64,000 nt of DNA, taken from assembly GCF_009914755.1 (NCBI RefSeq), contig NC_060925.1; one strand, written 5' to 3'. Below are positions 1 to 13,510 of this stretch, in pieces. The position numbers and the translations under genes are program-made. The notes beneath the pieces were generated by a model. That model searched no databases. It was given only the letters and a program-made list of their open reading frames with translations, and had not been told where the DNA came from. Numbering within the stretch: position 1 is the stretch's first letter; each line of letters opens with the position of its first letter. The DNA comes from the human T2T-CHM13v2.0 reference genome, Homo sapiens.

Positions 1-974
1 ATGTTAGTGTGAACACAAAGAAAGACATTGGAAGATGCAAACAAAACAAAACATTGCTTACACAAGGAGGTGCTGGGGAGAGGAGGACACTGGAGAAGAA
101 GAATGGGGAAAACATCACCCTTTACCTTACATGCTTCTGCATTTTGATTTTGTAATGTGAAAGGATTACGGCTCATCATAAAGGAACAGGAGAAGGGATG
201 TAGAAATTCCGAGCAGGAGATTCCTTCTCCATGGAGAAGGTGGCTGGGCAGGACTTGAAAGAATGAGTGGACTCAGGACCTCCCCACATTGAGGGCGGGA
301 GAAATCAGTCCTGAGCCTCGAAATGAGAACTCCGCATTTTAGGCCATGGCTGAGCGTACACAAGTGCAGGGAAGCTGGGTGGGGAACACTCTCAGTCCCG
401 GCTGGGCTGGGCTTAATCCCAGATAGAAAATGAATGATTGTCCAACGACCAGCCCTGGGGGCTATGGAGACAAGGACGAGCAAAGCCATGGTCATCCTGA
501 ACTTACTAAAGACCACGTAGTGAGTGGGTTTTAACTTCAGAATTCCTGGCCAGCTGAATTCTCCACCCAGCAGCCCTTCAGAGGGAGTCTTTTCTGCATC
601 CCCCATTGATGCTGGAGGATAGGAGAAAAGAAAATCACAAAGCCAGTTGGAAAACCTTCCTACTTTGTCTTTAGTATTAAAGAAATGCAAAGGTGATGAA
701 TTAGGCAAATTGGTTGATGTCAAGTTGTATCCATCAGAATGATTCAGAGCCCAGAATGAGTAATAGTAATGGGGAATAGCTGTTACTAAGAGTAACCAAA
801 TTAGCATTATCGAAAAAGACAAAGGAAAAGCAGGCAGCCAGCAGGCACTCTGTCCCTGAGCCTGCCCCTCAGTTTCCACAGCCCAGCTTCTGCATGGAGC
901 CCACCCTAACTGGGGGGCGGCTTCTTGCCTAAAGCATTCCCTGTGGACTTGGAGCTTTAACAAGATCAAAGAAT

Positions 975-1170
975 ATTCACATCCATTTTCTTATTTGATC
1001 ACATTCTTAGCAGGCCAGTGACATTGGCTCCATTTCACAGCTAGGGATCCGAAGCTCAGAGAAGTGAAAAGGTCTGCCCAGTGTCATGGTCACATAGCTG
1101 GTAAGTAACAAAAACCTAGCTTTCAACTCAGGACTCGTGAATCTTAATCCAGGACTTAAGTGCCTGTACT
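975..1170 (-). mobile_element. MIR SINE relic
   Basis: Degenerate antisense MIR core (ccatttcacagctagggatccgaagctcagagaagtg...ggtcacatagctggtaagt). Confidence 0.7.
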
Positions 1171-1551
1171 TTCTACAGAACGTCCATTTAAAAAAAGAAA
1201 AAAAAAAAAGGACCTACTTTTTTTCTTTAGCCATTCATTAGCAGTCAAAAGTAGGAGCTAGGTGGATGCGTGGAGAGGGGAAAGGGAAGAATATGAAAGA
1301 ACTCTACAGGAGGATCACAGCTCCACAAAACCTCCCAGTGGGCCCGGACCAAGGTGCCTGGGTCTGCTGGACATGTTTAGGATGCTTGACCTCTGCCGGC
1401 CTTTTGAGCTCAAGAAGTCTTGCTTTGTGCCAAGTGACCCCACCACATTCCGTTACAGCCAATTGGCCTAAGGCAGCCCCTGAACCATCAAGGGCAGCTG
1501 GTCCACAGGTCAGCCACAAAAGATGACCAGGACCAGATCCCCTCTGTATCA

Positions 1552-1903
<352 letters not shown>

Positions 1904-1930
1904 CTAGCAGGAACATGGTGCACAGCTGGG

Positions 1931-2370
1931 TGTGTTCACTTCCTGGGGCAGCCAGGACACATGAGCACACATTGGGTGCCTTAGAACAAGACAAACATCT
2001 TCTCTCATAGTTCTGGAGGCTGGAAGTTCAAAACCAAGGTGCAGTGGGGCTGTGCTCCCTCTGAAGGCCCTAGGGAAGACGCTTTCCTTGCCTCCTGGCC
2101 TCTGGAGTCTGCTGGCAATGCTTGGTGTTCCTTGGCTTGTGACAGCATCATTCCATTACCTGCCTCCAGCCTCATGTGACCATCTTCCCTCTGTGTCTTT
2201 TCATATAAGGACACCAGTGATAGGATTTAGGGGCCACGCAAATGCAGTATGACCTCATTTTAGATTGATTAACTCTGCCAAGACCCTATGTCTGAATAAG
2301 TTGATATTCATAGGTACTGAGAGTAAGGACTTCAACATATCTTTCTGGAAACACAATTCAAGCCACAACC
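1931..2370 (-). mobile_element. MaLR solo LTR (MLT1C-like)
   Basis: Reverse complement follows the MLT1B/C consensus (ttgaattgtgtttccagaaagatatgttgaagtcc...ccagcctccagaactatgagaga); perfect 5-bp TSD CTGGG at 1926-1930 and 2371-2375. Confidence 0.9.
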
Positions 2371-2749
2371 CTGGGCCACAATAGTACAGTAGAGAAGGCC
2401 CACGGACAGCTGCCTCTGAGGCCCCCAGATCTCCCTTCAACTTAAAACTCCCTGCAGCTCCGGCCTCAGGGAAGCTGAGCTGTCAGCCACGGGTCCCTAG
2501 GAGAGCCCTACTTTTGAATCCCCAGGTACCGCTGAGGGTCTCCTTCCAATGCTCCCCGTGCTTCTTTCTGATGGTTTGACAGGGGTTATTCCTTGCAAAC
2601 AAAACAGACCAAAAATAAAGCTAAGTTTAATGTTTATTTTTCTGCCATAAATTTGCTTAATTCTATAATTTAAAAGCACTAAGATGCTTCAGAGGCTCCT
2701 TTTGTTGGAAAGTAGAATATTTCTCCCATGTGCTGGCCCAGCCTAGTCA

Positions 2750-2755
<6 letters not shown>

Positions 2756-2780
<25 letters not shown>
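2756..2780. repeat. Poly-T tract (T25)
   Basis: Read directly; no adjacent retroelement body or TSD found. Confidence 0.9.
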
Positions 2781-4026
2781 GCTGAAACAGCCACCTCCTG
2801 TCACCAGGATAAACAGAGACACCCCAAGGAAACCTGAATTAGAATCACTGGTGCATTCCTAAGAGGACCTTGGTTAGACCCCAAAGAAATCAGACTAGGA
2901 CACAACATTCTTTTAGCAAGCTATGAAAAAGCTGCCTCCAGAGAGGCCAGCCTGCCTGAGTCATCACTGTGTGGGAAGGACTGGAGCCAGCTGTCCCGCT
3001 GGCGGGGGTCTGAATTTCTCTGCAAAGTCACACTTCAAGAGAGTCACACAGTCCCAAGTTGACAGCTGAGGTGGGAATGGCAGCTCTACTCTTTCACCCT
3101 TCCCTCTCCTCCCTAGTCATCCTCCATCCTTTCAGGCTGAGAGCTCTCCCATGCCAATCCACACACTCCTCTATTCATGGTGAAATGCTCCCCTCCCCCA
3201 GGCAGGGGCCCTAGAGACGGTGCTGGTTGTAAATATCCTGACTGTGTGCAAGGAGAGGAGACAGGAGGTCCTTGCACTCTGAAATGATCAGCTTCCATGA
3301 CTGTAATTATATAAATTACATCTAAAATTTCCTATAAATTCCATATGTAATCCTACAAATTCAGTGTGTGTCTATCAAGAAGATTGGTATATTTGTGTGA
3401 GAGAGAGTGTGTGTAGAGAGGATTAGAGAGAGGATAGGGGGATCCAATGGTTTAGAGGCTCACGAAAACCCTCTATCTGGCCCCTCCCTGACTTCATGAA
3501 GCCCTTACAGACTCACTGAGCAAGCAACCCCTACATCCTGGAAAAATTTCAGATCCAATGCTACGGCAATCACTGCCTATTCCCCTTGTATGACATGAGC
3601 TCTGTACTTCTGTGGGCAAAACATACAAATCACAGTGCTTCCCCTTTACAAGTGAAGCACGCACAAGGAGCACAGGGAAGTCTGGAAAGCGGGTGGGGCT
3701 GGGGGTTGTCAAGTCCTGATCCTTCCATGTACTTTTAGGACCCTGCTAACCCTCAGTGTGCCCTCGGCATCTCTGCCCCCCTTTAGGAGGTCTCATCCTG
3801 ACCTCAGGGAGGAGGAACTTCAACTCTAGCCAATTCTTGGCTAGATGGAATTCTTTGTGATGCAGCACCAACATCGCCATGTTAGTCAGACCTTGACTTT
3901 GTTTCCCAGTTTCTGGCTGAGCTGATGCCCTGCTCCCTCGGCTTTCGGGGTTTTTTTTGTTTGTTTGTTTTTCTGGAGTCCTATCTACTACCACAAAACT
4001 CTTAGACTGGAGTCCAGCTTGTTTTT

Positions 4027-4328
4027 TTGTGCGTGTTGCTTTGTTATTGTTTTTTGAGATGGAGTCTCTCTCTGTTACCAAGGCTGGGTGCAATGGTGCG
4101 ATCTTGGCTCACTGCAACCTCCGCCTACTGGGTTCAAGCAATTCTGTCTCAGCCTCCAAGTAGCTGGGACTACAGGCGCCCGCCACCACGCTGGATAATT
4201 TTTGTATTTTTAGTAGAGACGGGGTTTCACCATATTGGCCAGGCTCTTCTCGAACTCCTGACCTTGTGATCACTCACCTCGGCCTCCCAAAGTGCTGTGA
4301 TCACAGGCGTGAGCCACCGCGCCCGGCC
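4027..4328 (-). mobile_element. Full-length Alu (AluS, Sc/Sg-like)
   Basis: Antisense Alu ending gagccaccgcgcccggcc; 17-bp TSD GAGTCCAGCTTGTTTTT at 4010 and 4329. Confidence 0.97.
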
Positions 4329-4844
4329 GAGTCCAGCTTGTTTTTACCACGCTACTCTGTCTCCCAGGGACTGTGGTCCCAGGTTAATTCAGATCAGAGG
4401 CTGAGACTTTGACAGCTGCCATAGCCCTCTCTTCCACCTGCAGAGTGTATCAGGCAGGGTGAAGGGGAGGGGTGGCTACTCAGGTTCTCCCTCCTTGCCC
4501 TTCTCCATCTGCCAGTCCCTCTACGGTGACCCAGCATATGCCCTGCTGTATTCCAAGACAAAACAGATTTCACAATATGTGGCCGGCACAAAGGTGAGTT
4601 GTCCTTGCTACTGTCTCAGGCCTTTCCCTCAAGATAATCCAGCCCTGAACACTCAGCAAACAACTGGTTGTCAGAATGTTTCCCAGGGTGGGAATGACCA
4701 GAGAACCCCATGCTGTTAGTCCAAGGTTTCTGGACCTAGAAGGGCCCTTAAAATCAGCCAGCCGGATACACCATTTTACAGATGAGAAAACAGAGGTCCC
4801 CAACTCTAGACCAAGAAGAAGGTAAGATCAGCGGCAGACACATA

Positions 4845-5062
4845 TTCATCAACTGCATGCGTCGAGGGCTACTGTAGACCGAGCATTACAGATACAGCCT
4901 CTGCTTTTGGAGGCACAGTGTCCAGAGTAGGACAGAGCAGACACACAAGTGCAATCCACCAAGGAAGTGCTGTGATAGGGATGATTTGGAGACACGCTGT
5001 CCAGAGGAGGACAGAGCAGACACGCGGGTTCAATCCAACAGGGAAGTGCTGGGATAGGGATG
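4845..5062 (-). mobile_element. Probable L2 3'-end relic with an internal 79-bp tandem duplication
   Basis: cattcatcaac start and L2-like antisense text; two diverged copies at 4905-4983 and 4984-5062. Confidence 0.45.
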
Positions 5063-5553
5063 GCACATGATGGACATGAGAGCCAGAACACAGGCTTCCA
5101 ACCCCGAGGAGCAGGGAAGGTTGACTGGGGGCCAAGAAAATGTGGTCTGCATCCTCAAGACAATATTTGCTCAGCATAAGGTGCGAATCTAGTGTTTTTC
5201 ACCTTTTCATTTCCAGTGCTAAACCAAAGACATCTATGGTGGCAGACTGAACCAGAGAATTCGTTATGAAAACTGCATGTTGCATGGTCTGAGCTTGATG
5301 GCTTATAAATGGGAAACAACCACTGCCTTCAAACATGCTCCTCCCTGCCCCGCCATGCCATCTTGGGGAGAACTCAGAGCTTTCTTCTCACTTGCAGTCA
5401 TGAGAATGTTCTCTGTTGAGGTAGTTAAAACTTACTTCCATGTATTAAAAAGGCCAAAGTATCCAAATAAAAATTGCCCAAATTGAAACTTCTGTCTTGC
5501 ATATGATTCAAAGCCACTTCACTTTGCCAGGCTCAGAACTCATCCCTGGGGCT

Positions 5554-5905
5554 GAGAAGGGGGTGTGGCCTACTGGACCAGGAGAAGGAGGCGTGGCCTA
5601 CTGGACCAGGAGAAGAGGGCATGGCCTACTGGACAAGGAGAAGGGGGCGTGGCCTACTGGACAAGGAGAGGGGGCGTGGCCTATTGGACAAGGAGAAAGG
5701 GATGTGGTCTATTGGACAAGGAGAAAGGGATGTGGTCTACTGGACAAGGAGAAAGGGATGTGGCCTACTGACATAGAGAAGAGGATGTGGCCTACGGGAC
5801 ATAGAGAACGGGGTGTCGCCTACTGACAGAGAAGGGAGTGTGGCCTACTGGACATAGAGAAGGGGGTGTGGCTTACTGGACATAGAGAAGGGGGTGTGGC
5901 CTACT
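5554..5905. repeat. Minisatellite (VNTR), 28-bp unit, ~12.7 copies
   Basis: Head-to-tail units of consensus GAGAAGGGGGYGTGGCCTACTGGACAAG (25-28 bp), no spacers. Confidence 0.97.
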
Positions 5906-8465
5906 CTTTCCTTGCTTTTCCCTTTTTTATCCTCATCCCACTGCTGTTCTTGGCTACTCTAGAATAGAGGCAAGAGAAGTAGGGATTATAAGGAAAGAGT
6001 GAGTCTTATCTTTAACTAGTCCTACAGTCCTCTCTTGGCCAATGCTGGTTAGCATTAATGCTCTTAATGTGACAGGCCTTCAAATGCTGGCTCTCTCACT
6101 GGGAAGTTTCTACTGGGACGTCCACCCTCCATGGTCTCCTGATATGAGCAATGTGCCCTCTGGCTGACCTCTTGCAACTTTCCTCTTACCCCAGGATCTG
6201 CACTAAAGGAGTCCTCCTGCCTGGAAGGTGGAACGTCCTCACCACCTAGAACTGCCTAAACCGAGCTGTCCTCCATAGCAACCACTTCCCTCCTGAGATA
6301 CTCACGTGCCTTTGCCATGCTCCACAGTGACATACAGGCTGCTCATCTGCTGTCCTACCTTTGCCCTCACAATTGCAAATGACTCCAATTACTACTTGCC
6401 TTCAGAATTCCCCAGTCACCAGTTTCTATATTCACGTGCCAAGGAACGCATGCCAAGCTCTCCAAGCACTCTCCCACTCTGCTTCACTCCCGGCCATCAC
6501 TGGGTAGGCTTGGAAGCTTCTGCAGCTCAGCAGTTGTCCAGTTGAAGAGTGAGATGCCTGTCTGCACTTGTGCAGGCATTTCACGCTCTGAGCGGCCCTC
6601 TTGGAAACCTGTTACTTGGCTTGGGGAATGAGGATACCCACTCCTCTTATTTTCACCATGGGGCAGGAAAGGAAAAGGCACAGCTCTCCTTATCAAGCCA
6701 ATGGCTCATATACCTCTCAATTTCTGCCTTCAATCTACTCTCTAGTTCTTCTGTCTATATGGACTGAGGATGGGCAACAGGGAAAAGACGGGTCAGTTTG
6801 GCTCATTTTCTGGAAGCCCCAGAGAGTTTATCTGGTAGCAACTGTTTCCATCTATTTCCATCCAATATTCCTGCTATTTCAAGATAGGAGGAAAGTCATG
6901 TTAACATCCTATTTCACTCAAATCATTGCTTTCACTGATGAGGGTAACTGGTGTAATCCCTAGACTTTAGAAATCATGTAGCCCATCTCCCTGCTGTGGC
7001 AGAGAGGAGAGCCTGGGGTCCAGAAAGGGGAAGATTGGCTTAGCAGCCCAGGGACAACCCCCAGAAACCCTGACCTGAGACTTATGCGCCATCCCCTGCT
7101 TTTCCCTTGATTGTCTCCACCAGACCAGTGTGAATCATCTCACCGGAAACCGTGTTCAGCACAGTCCTTTGCTTACTGAAAGTCAAGGCTTCTGGAAAAG
7201 CCGAGGCTGAAGCTGTGGTGCTGACTAGGGGCTGGGGGCGGGGAGTGGATCCCTGGCTCCAGGAAAGGGAGCAAAAAGCTAATGCCAGGCAGGTCAGGAG
7301 CCCTAAAGGGGAAATGTGACAGTAATTAAGGAGGAAGCTGGCCTTCTCATCCTGGGTCATGACCACTCCCTATAGTCTCTGTCGAGGTCACTTGAAGCGG
7401 AAGATTGTATCCGGCCAGACATTGGAGGCACAAGCTCAGCAAAGTGTTCAGGACAGCTTTATTTAATTCCCTGTCCATATGGAAATGCCCTGCACTGAAC
7501 GGTTTGGAAGCCACAATTGCATTAGCCGTCTGGAGCTCCCATAAGCTTAATCAAGCCATAATCAAGGATCTTCTGTGATTGTCCATTATCTGCCTCTCAG
7601 CCAGAGGGGCACGTTCTTGAGGGAAAGTGATCAGAGAGCTGCGTTCTTGGCACTAATTACATGCTAGCCTGCATCTGTGTCCCTCCCGCGGCCGTCAGGA
7701 GCCATTGTGGATGGCCCCGGGACATCTCACCCACTTCTGTGCAGGTGACCCTGAGCAGGCTCAGCCCCCAGAATAGAGTCCATGCTGATCAGTCTGAATA
7801 CGGCTTCCCAGGCAGACGAGGTCTTGCCAGTTCAAATGTGACTGCATGTTTTACATTGAAAGCACCCTGGGGTGCTTAGGAAGGGGCTACTGCTGGGTCA
7901 GCAGATAATTCACCACAGGAGCCCAGAGAACATCTGGAGATGCAGCAAAAACAGCCAGATGGGCACCTCTTGAGATCAGCAAGGATAGAGAGGAAGCAAG
8001 CATTAGAAGCATCAACCAGCCCTGCCAAACAAAAGGGCATCATTGTTTGCATAAGCCCTGCCACTGTCTGGCTTCTGCTGATTTCTAGCAATGTTCTCTC
8101 ATTCCCCACATCATGTGTCCTCAGCTCCAGCTGAATTGGGCTCCTCTGGCCCCACATGCTCCCACCTCTCTACCCAGTCCTTGCTGCCCGATTGTTCACT
8201 TGCCCTCAACATGGCATGTCCAAACATTATTTGGACCTCATTTCTGGGTCCAACCTCCAATGCCAGGGCTGCTACAAAGCCTTCCATGTTCACCCAAGTG
8301 AGATGTGGCCTCTCCCTTCACTTAAGTCCCCAGCAACATCTCTTCTGGTGCTTCTCAGTTTGGGCTGCAGTGGTTGTGTTCAGTGGACTGAGAACTCCTC
8401 AAGAGCAGGAGCTGCCTCCAGCTTCATGTTTCCTTTAAGAAATGTAAAAAATCACACAAAAGTTT

Positions 8466-8624
8466 GGTCAGTTGTGGTGGCTCACGCCTGTCATCCCAGC
8501 TCTTTGGGAGGCTGAGCAAGAGGATCTCTTAGGGCCAGCAGTTGGAGGTCACAGTGATGTTTATGCCACTGCAATCCAGCCTGGGTAATGCAGCAAGACT
8601 CTGTCTCAAAAAAACAAACAAACA
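8466..8624 (+). mobile_element. Old Alu monomer (FRAM/FAM-like or arm-recombined AluJ)
   Basis: Left-arm-like start runs directly into a right-arm end (gccactgcaatccagcctggg...gtctcaaaaaaacaaacaaac); ~155 bp. Confidence 0.85.
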
Positions 8625-8776
8625 ACACACATACACGCACACACACAAACAGAGAATGACAAAACCATCACATGTGTCCCTTCGACCAGAACAAATTATC
8701 ATTAAATTTGTACCACACTTGCTTCATTTAAAAAACAAAAACCAGAAAACATGACAGATAAAGTTGATGTCACCTT

Positions 8777-9021
8777 AGCATAGGTATTAAGAGAATATAA
8801 AGCTAATAAATGGCTCTGGAGCCAGATTGCCTGGGTTCAAATCCCCATTCTGCCACTCGTTAGAAAGTTGACCATGGACAAATTACTCAACCTTTCTATG
8901 CCTCAGTTTCCACTTCTGTAAAAACTGTGGAATGTTGTCACGAAGATTCAACGAGTTAGTGTATGTAAAACTCATAGAACAGCACCTGCCTATAAGTATT
9001 CAATAAATGCGAGCTATTATT
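8777..9021 (+). mobile_element. MIR, near full length
   Basis: ggctctggagccagattgcctgggttcaaatcc...gcctcagtttcc...caataaatgcgagctattatt matches the MIR consensus. Confidence 0.9.
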
Positions 9022-9049
9022 TAATCTTCCATCCCTAAACCTATTTCTC

Positions 9050-10050
9050 AATGCACCCCTCCCAACCCCCAACAGAGGCAACCATATCATGAGTTGAGTA
9101 TATATGTGCTTTCAGTTCAAGCTTTGCACTTTTACTTCCAAATGTATATAACCACAAAAAAAAAAAAAAAACTATAGTATTTTTTGTATATGTTCCTTAA
9201 TTTATCTAAATAATGTATTGGTTAGTATCCTTTGGTTGTAAATACTGAAAGCCCACCTCTACCTGGCTTAAACTTTGAGGAAGATTAACTAGCTTCCATA
9301 CCTGAAAAGTTTAGTGGCAAGGAAGACTTCAGGGTTGACCTGATTTATCAGCTCAAAAATGTCATCAAGGACCCACTTTCTTTTGACACTTGGCTCATCT
9401 TTCCACGGTGTCAGCTTTATCCTAGAGCTAGCTCCTCCTCATGGTTATAAAAGGCTACCAATGACTCCTGGGACTGCAGGCCTTGCTGGGAGAGAGGGGG
9501 TCATTCAGGAAGTGCTCTGAGAAAAGTGAGGAAGCTGCTTCTCCAGAAGCGTCAAGAAACTTCTCACTTCTCATGGCCTAAAGTGGTTTATGCACCTCTG
9601 AACCAGATATTATGACCATGGATTGAGATTCTATTGATAAGCCTTGGACTCAGACATGTGCCCCCTGTAAGGGGAGGGTAGAGACAGCCTCTCTAAAGGC
9701 ACACAGGCTGCACAGGTTGATGTGGACATCTGCACAAAATTATAGCAAGAGAATGGGGAATGGATGCTGAAGAGGCAACAAGATCCTCTACAAATGGTAT
9801 CATAAAACTTACATTGTTCTTCCTCCTGCTTTTCTCATTTAATGTTTTGGCTTCCTTTTGAGATCTTTCTGTTTGGTATATAGACATCTAGTTTATTCCT
9901 CTTAAAAATGAATAATATTCTATCATATGAATAAAACCACATTTCTTTGTCCATTTCCCTACTGATAGATATTTTTATTGTTTCCGTGTTGACTTTTTTT
10001 TCGTATTGCAAACAGGGGTGCAATGAACAATGGTATTCGTGTCTTCTTAG
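9050..10050 (-). mobile_element. Old L1 (L1ME-like) 3' region, split by an MLT1 LTR
   Basis: Antisense L1M 3' text on both sides of 9214-9792 (cagaggcaaccat...; aatggtatcata...gaataaaaccacatttc...gcaatgaaca). Confidence 0.7.
9214..9792 (-). mobile_element. MaLR solo LTR (MLT1J/K/L-like)
   Basis: TG...CA termini; tgtattggttagtatcctttggttgt...ctggcttaa and ggggaatggatgctg...ctaca resemble old MLT1 ends. Confidence 0.75.
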
Positions 10051-10054
10051 AGAC

Positions 10055-10170
10055 TGTCTCAGTCATCTTTGTGTTTGCCTCTAATTCCTGCAGTGGCCAA
10101 GCCCACGGGTGGGCTCAGCAGGTACCTGTTGCATGAATGAGTGAATGAGTCAATGAGTAAATGAATAAAT
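10055..10170 (+). mobile_element. L2 3' end
   Basis: Ends in a (TGAA)-like tail gcatgaatgagtgaatgagtcaatgagtaaatgaataaa. Confidence 0.55.
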
Positions 10171-10259
10171 TCTCTTTTTTCCCAGCTATGAGCTATTGAA
10201 ATGATCATTGCATGATGCTGGTTATGGAACCTATAATGCTAGCATTCAAATGGTGCCTT

Positions 10260-10390
10260 TACTTTCCTAGAGGGGCAAATGAAGACTCAGAGAGGGAAAG
10301 TTGGAAGTCACATCATGAGTCTGCAGCACAACCAGAATTTGAACCCAAGTTCACTGACTCCAGAAAGCTCTTCTTTCTACTCCATTGTAT
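10260..10390 (-). mobile_element. MIR relic
   Basis: gactcagagagg...gaatttgaacccaagttcactgactccagaa. Confidence 0.65.
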
Positions 10391-11127
10391 CCTTTACTGC
10401 TCTGGACCACTCATGTCACTCATTTAACCAAATTCTTTTGCTCCTCTAATTTGTTCCACAAATTCACCTGTGAGTTATCTGCAGCCTTGCATGTGCTTCT
10501 CTCCCTGACCAGTCGATGGGCTCCCCATGGGCAGGGCTCAGGTCTGATGCTTCTCTGTTAGCCAAGACCAGGACAGACTCCAAATGCATCCCAGGCTCTC
10601 CTCATATAGGCCCCTCCTGAAGGACAATGGCCCAGGGTCCAAGAACCTCTGGCAGGAGGAGCCATCAAAGATTTTCTAACCCAATTTCCCAGCAAGAACC
10701 ACTATCACACATCTTCTGGCTCCTTCTTGGATAAGTGGTAAGCCAGTCCCAACTTCCTTTGGTGGCCACTGTGTTTTGGACAGTTCTGCCTGAAAGCCTC
10801 ACCCACCTCAAACACCTACCCATTGCTATTCCCCTGCCTTCTGGAACCACTAAGAATAAAGCCACTCTTTCCAATACTGGAGGGAGCCCAAGTGTGCTTT
10901 CCCTCAGGGGAAAAAAAAAATTTCCAATTACCAAATCCAACCTGTGCAAAACTGTTTTATGTGTGTGTGCATGTGCACACACATACACAAACACGCACAC
11001 CCTCAGCTGTCCTCTCCTACCCACTTTGGTTTGACTGTGCTCCTAGGACCTCCTTCCCACTACCTGAGCAGCTGGCACTTTTTGGGTATCAGCCTAATCA
11101 TCACTTCCTTTGGGGAGTCTTCCTTGA

Positions 11128-11690
<563 letters not shown>

Positions 11691-12944
11691 GAATTTCACA
11701 ATAGAAGAGAAAGTGAAAGAATGAAAAAAGAAAAAAAAGAAAAATGTTTAAGTGCAGGTAGAGAAAAAGAATAAAAAAGGAAAAGGAAAAAATATGGTTT
11801 GATTTGTGAAAGATCAAGAGGTTCATTCCTTCCCTTTCCCCAACCTCAGTATGTCTCTCCTCAGAGCCTGAAATGCCCATCGCTCCAGGCATTTCACAGT
11901 CTCTTATCCTGCCAGCTGCTTGTGAACTTGCAGGCAACTCACATCCTGAGACCCTCATTGAGCAGCTGGTCTCTTCACTTGCTGTTGGGAAAGCCAAGGC
12001 AAGAGCAAGACAAAGAGCTGGGGTGGGAGGGACGTGATGCTATACCAGGTCCACAGGAGGCCACAAGATAAAATGGAATGTTGACCTGGAACACTGAGTT
12101 TACTTGAAGATGTATCCAGGAAGTATGGGGAACAATATAAGACCTCTTTTAATATTAAAATAAAGTTGGATACATTATAAAGTAGTTTGCAAAATCTGGG
12201 TTCCTTTTAAAGATAAAGCACAAGCCCTAAAGGAAATTTTATTGTTGTATAAGAAAGAAGCATCATTCATTCATTCATTCCCTCTTTCAATGGAATTCTT
12301 CTGTGCCAGGGACTGTTCCAGGCTCTAAAACTACAATAGCGAAAAAAAAATTTCCTTCATGGAGCTTACATTTTAGGATGGGAGATACACAACAAATAAA
12401 ATAAATAAGTCAGATGTATGATAAATTAGGTGGTGATAAGTGACATGGAGAAAAATAAACCAGAGAAGCAAGGGGAATAGGAATTTTGGCAGAAATGTGT
12501 GAATGAGTGTACATGGAGAGAGGGCTGTGATTTTAAATACAGTGGTCAGCGTGGGCCTCCTGAGAAGGTGACACATGGAAAAGACCCAGTGGAGATGTGA
12601 AGAAAACATAGAAGTCATAGGAGTAAGCTACAAGGGAAGGGGAAGTTTGGGATAAGAGTGGAGATAGAGAAGAGGTCAGCTTAAATCTGTTCAGTGTAAG
12701 AGGCCTAGGGGAAATCCAGGTGAGATCCAGAGAAAGTTTTTTAGAAAATATTGAGCTCAGGAAACAACTCTAGATTGAGTTTGAGATGGAATTGTATAGT
12801 TGTCAACAGAGAGAAGATAAATCACAAAGACAAGAGTGGGAGAGCCCTCTAAAAGAATCGGGGGCATGGGTTGAAAAGCGGCACCCCATGGACCAGGTTT
12901 GGCCCATGCGTATGTTTTGTTTGGTCTAAGAACTGGCTGGAATA

Positions 12945-13510
12945 TGGAGGTTAAGAGCTTAGGTTCTGAAGTCAGACTACCTGGATTCCAGATCCTGCTC
13001 AATATTTACTAAATATGTGAATTAAGCAGGTTACTTACTTAATTCCTCAGTGCCTCAGTTTCTTTGTCTATAAAAATAGTACATATCACATAGAGTAATT
13101 GTAAAGAATAAGTTGGTAAATTACATAAAGTAGTTAGAAAAGTCTCTAGCTGCTATGGTTTTAATGACTTTATTCCCTCCAAAAATTCATGCTGAATCTT
13201 AATCCCCAGTGCAACAGCATTGACAGGTAGGGACTTTTTGGCTTTATAAAAGGGCTTAACAAAGGGAGTTTCTCCCTCTTCCCTTCCATCTTCTGCCTAG
13301 TAAGGATACAACATTACATTCCTCTTCTATGGAGAATGTAACACCAAGGTGCCATCTTGGAAGCAGCCCTCACTAGCACCTTGATCTTGGACTTCTCAGT
13401 CTCCAGAACTATGAGAAATAAATTTCTGTTTTTGTAAATTACCCACTATCAGGTACTCTGTTATAGCAGCACAAAACAGTAACTCTACAAATGTCAGTTG
13501 CTGCTATTAT
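12945..13510 (+). mobile_element. MIR split by an MST LTR
   Basis: ggttaagagcttaggttctgaagtcagactacctggattc...gtgcctcagtttct up to 13150; tail gtaactctacaaatgtcagttgctgctattat after 13479. Confidence 0.8.
13151..13478 (+). mobile_element. MaLR solo LTR (MSTD-like)
   Basis: tgctatggtttt...aaaattcatg...gccatcttggaagcag...ccagaactatgagaaataaatttctg...gttatagcagcacaaa. Confidence 0.88.

Noticed and set aside
2399-2414. REST/RE1 site (ccacggacagctgcc)
   Set aside because: Only the right half is present; the TTCAGCACC left half is missing.
5554-5905. CRISPR-like array (28-bp repeats)
   Set aside because: Units are head-to-tail with no unique spacers, no cas genes, eukaryotic context: a minisatellite. 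ORFs 5497-5826 and 5565-5771 are just its translation.
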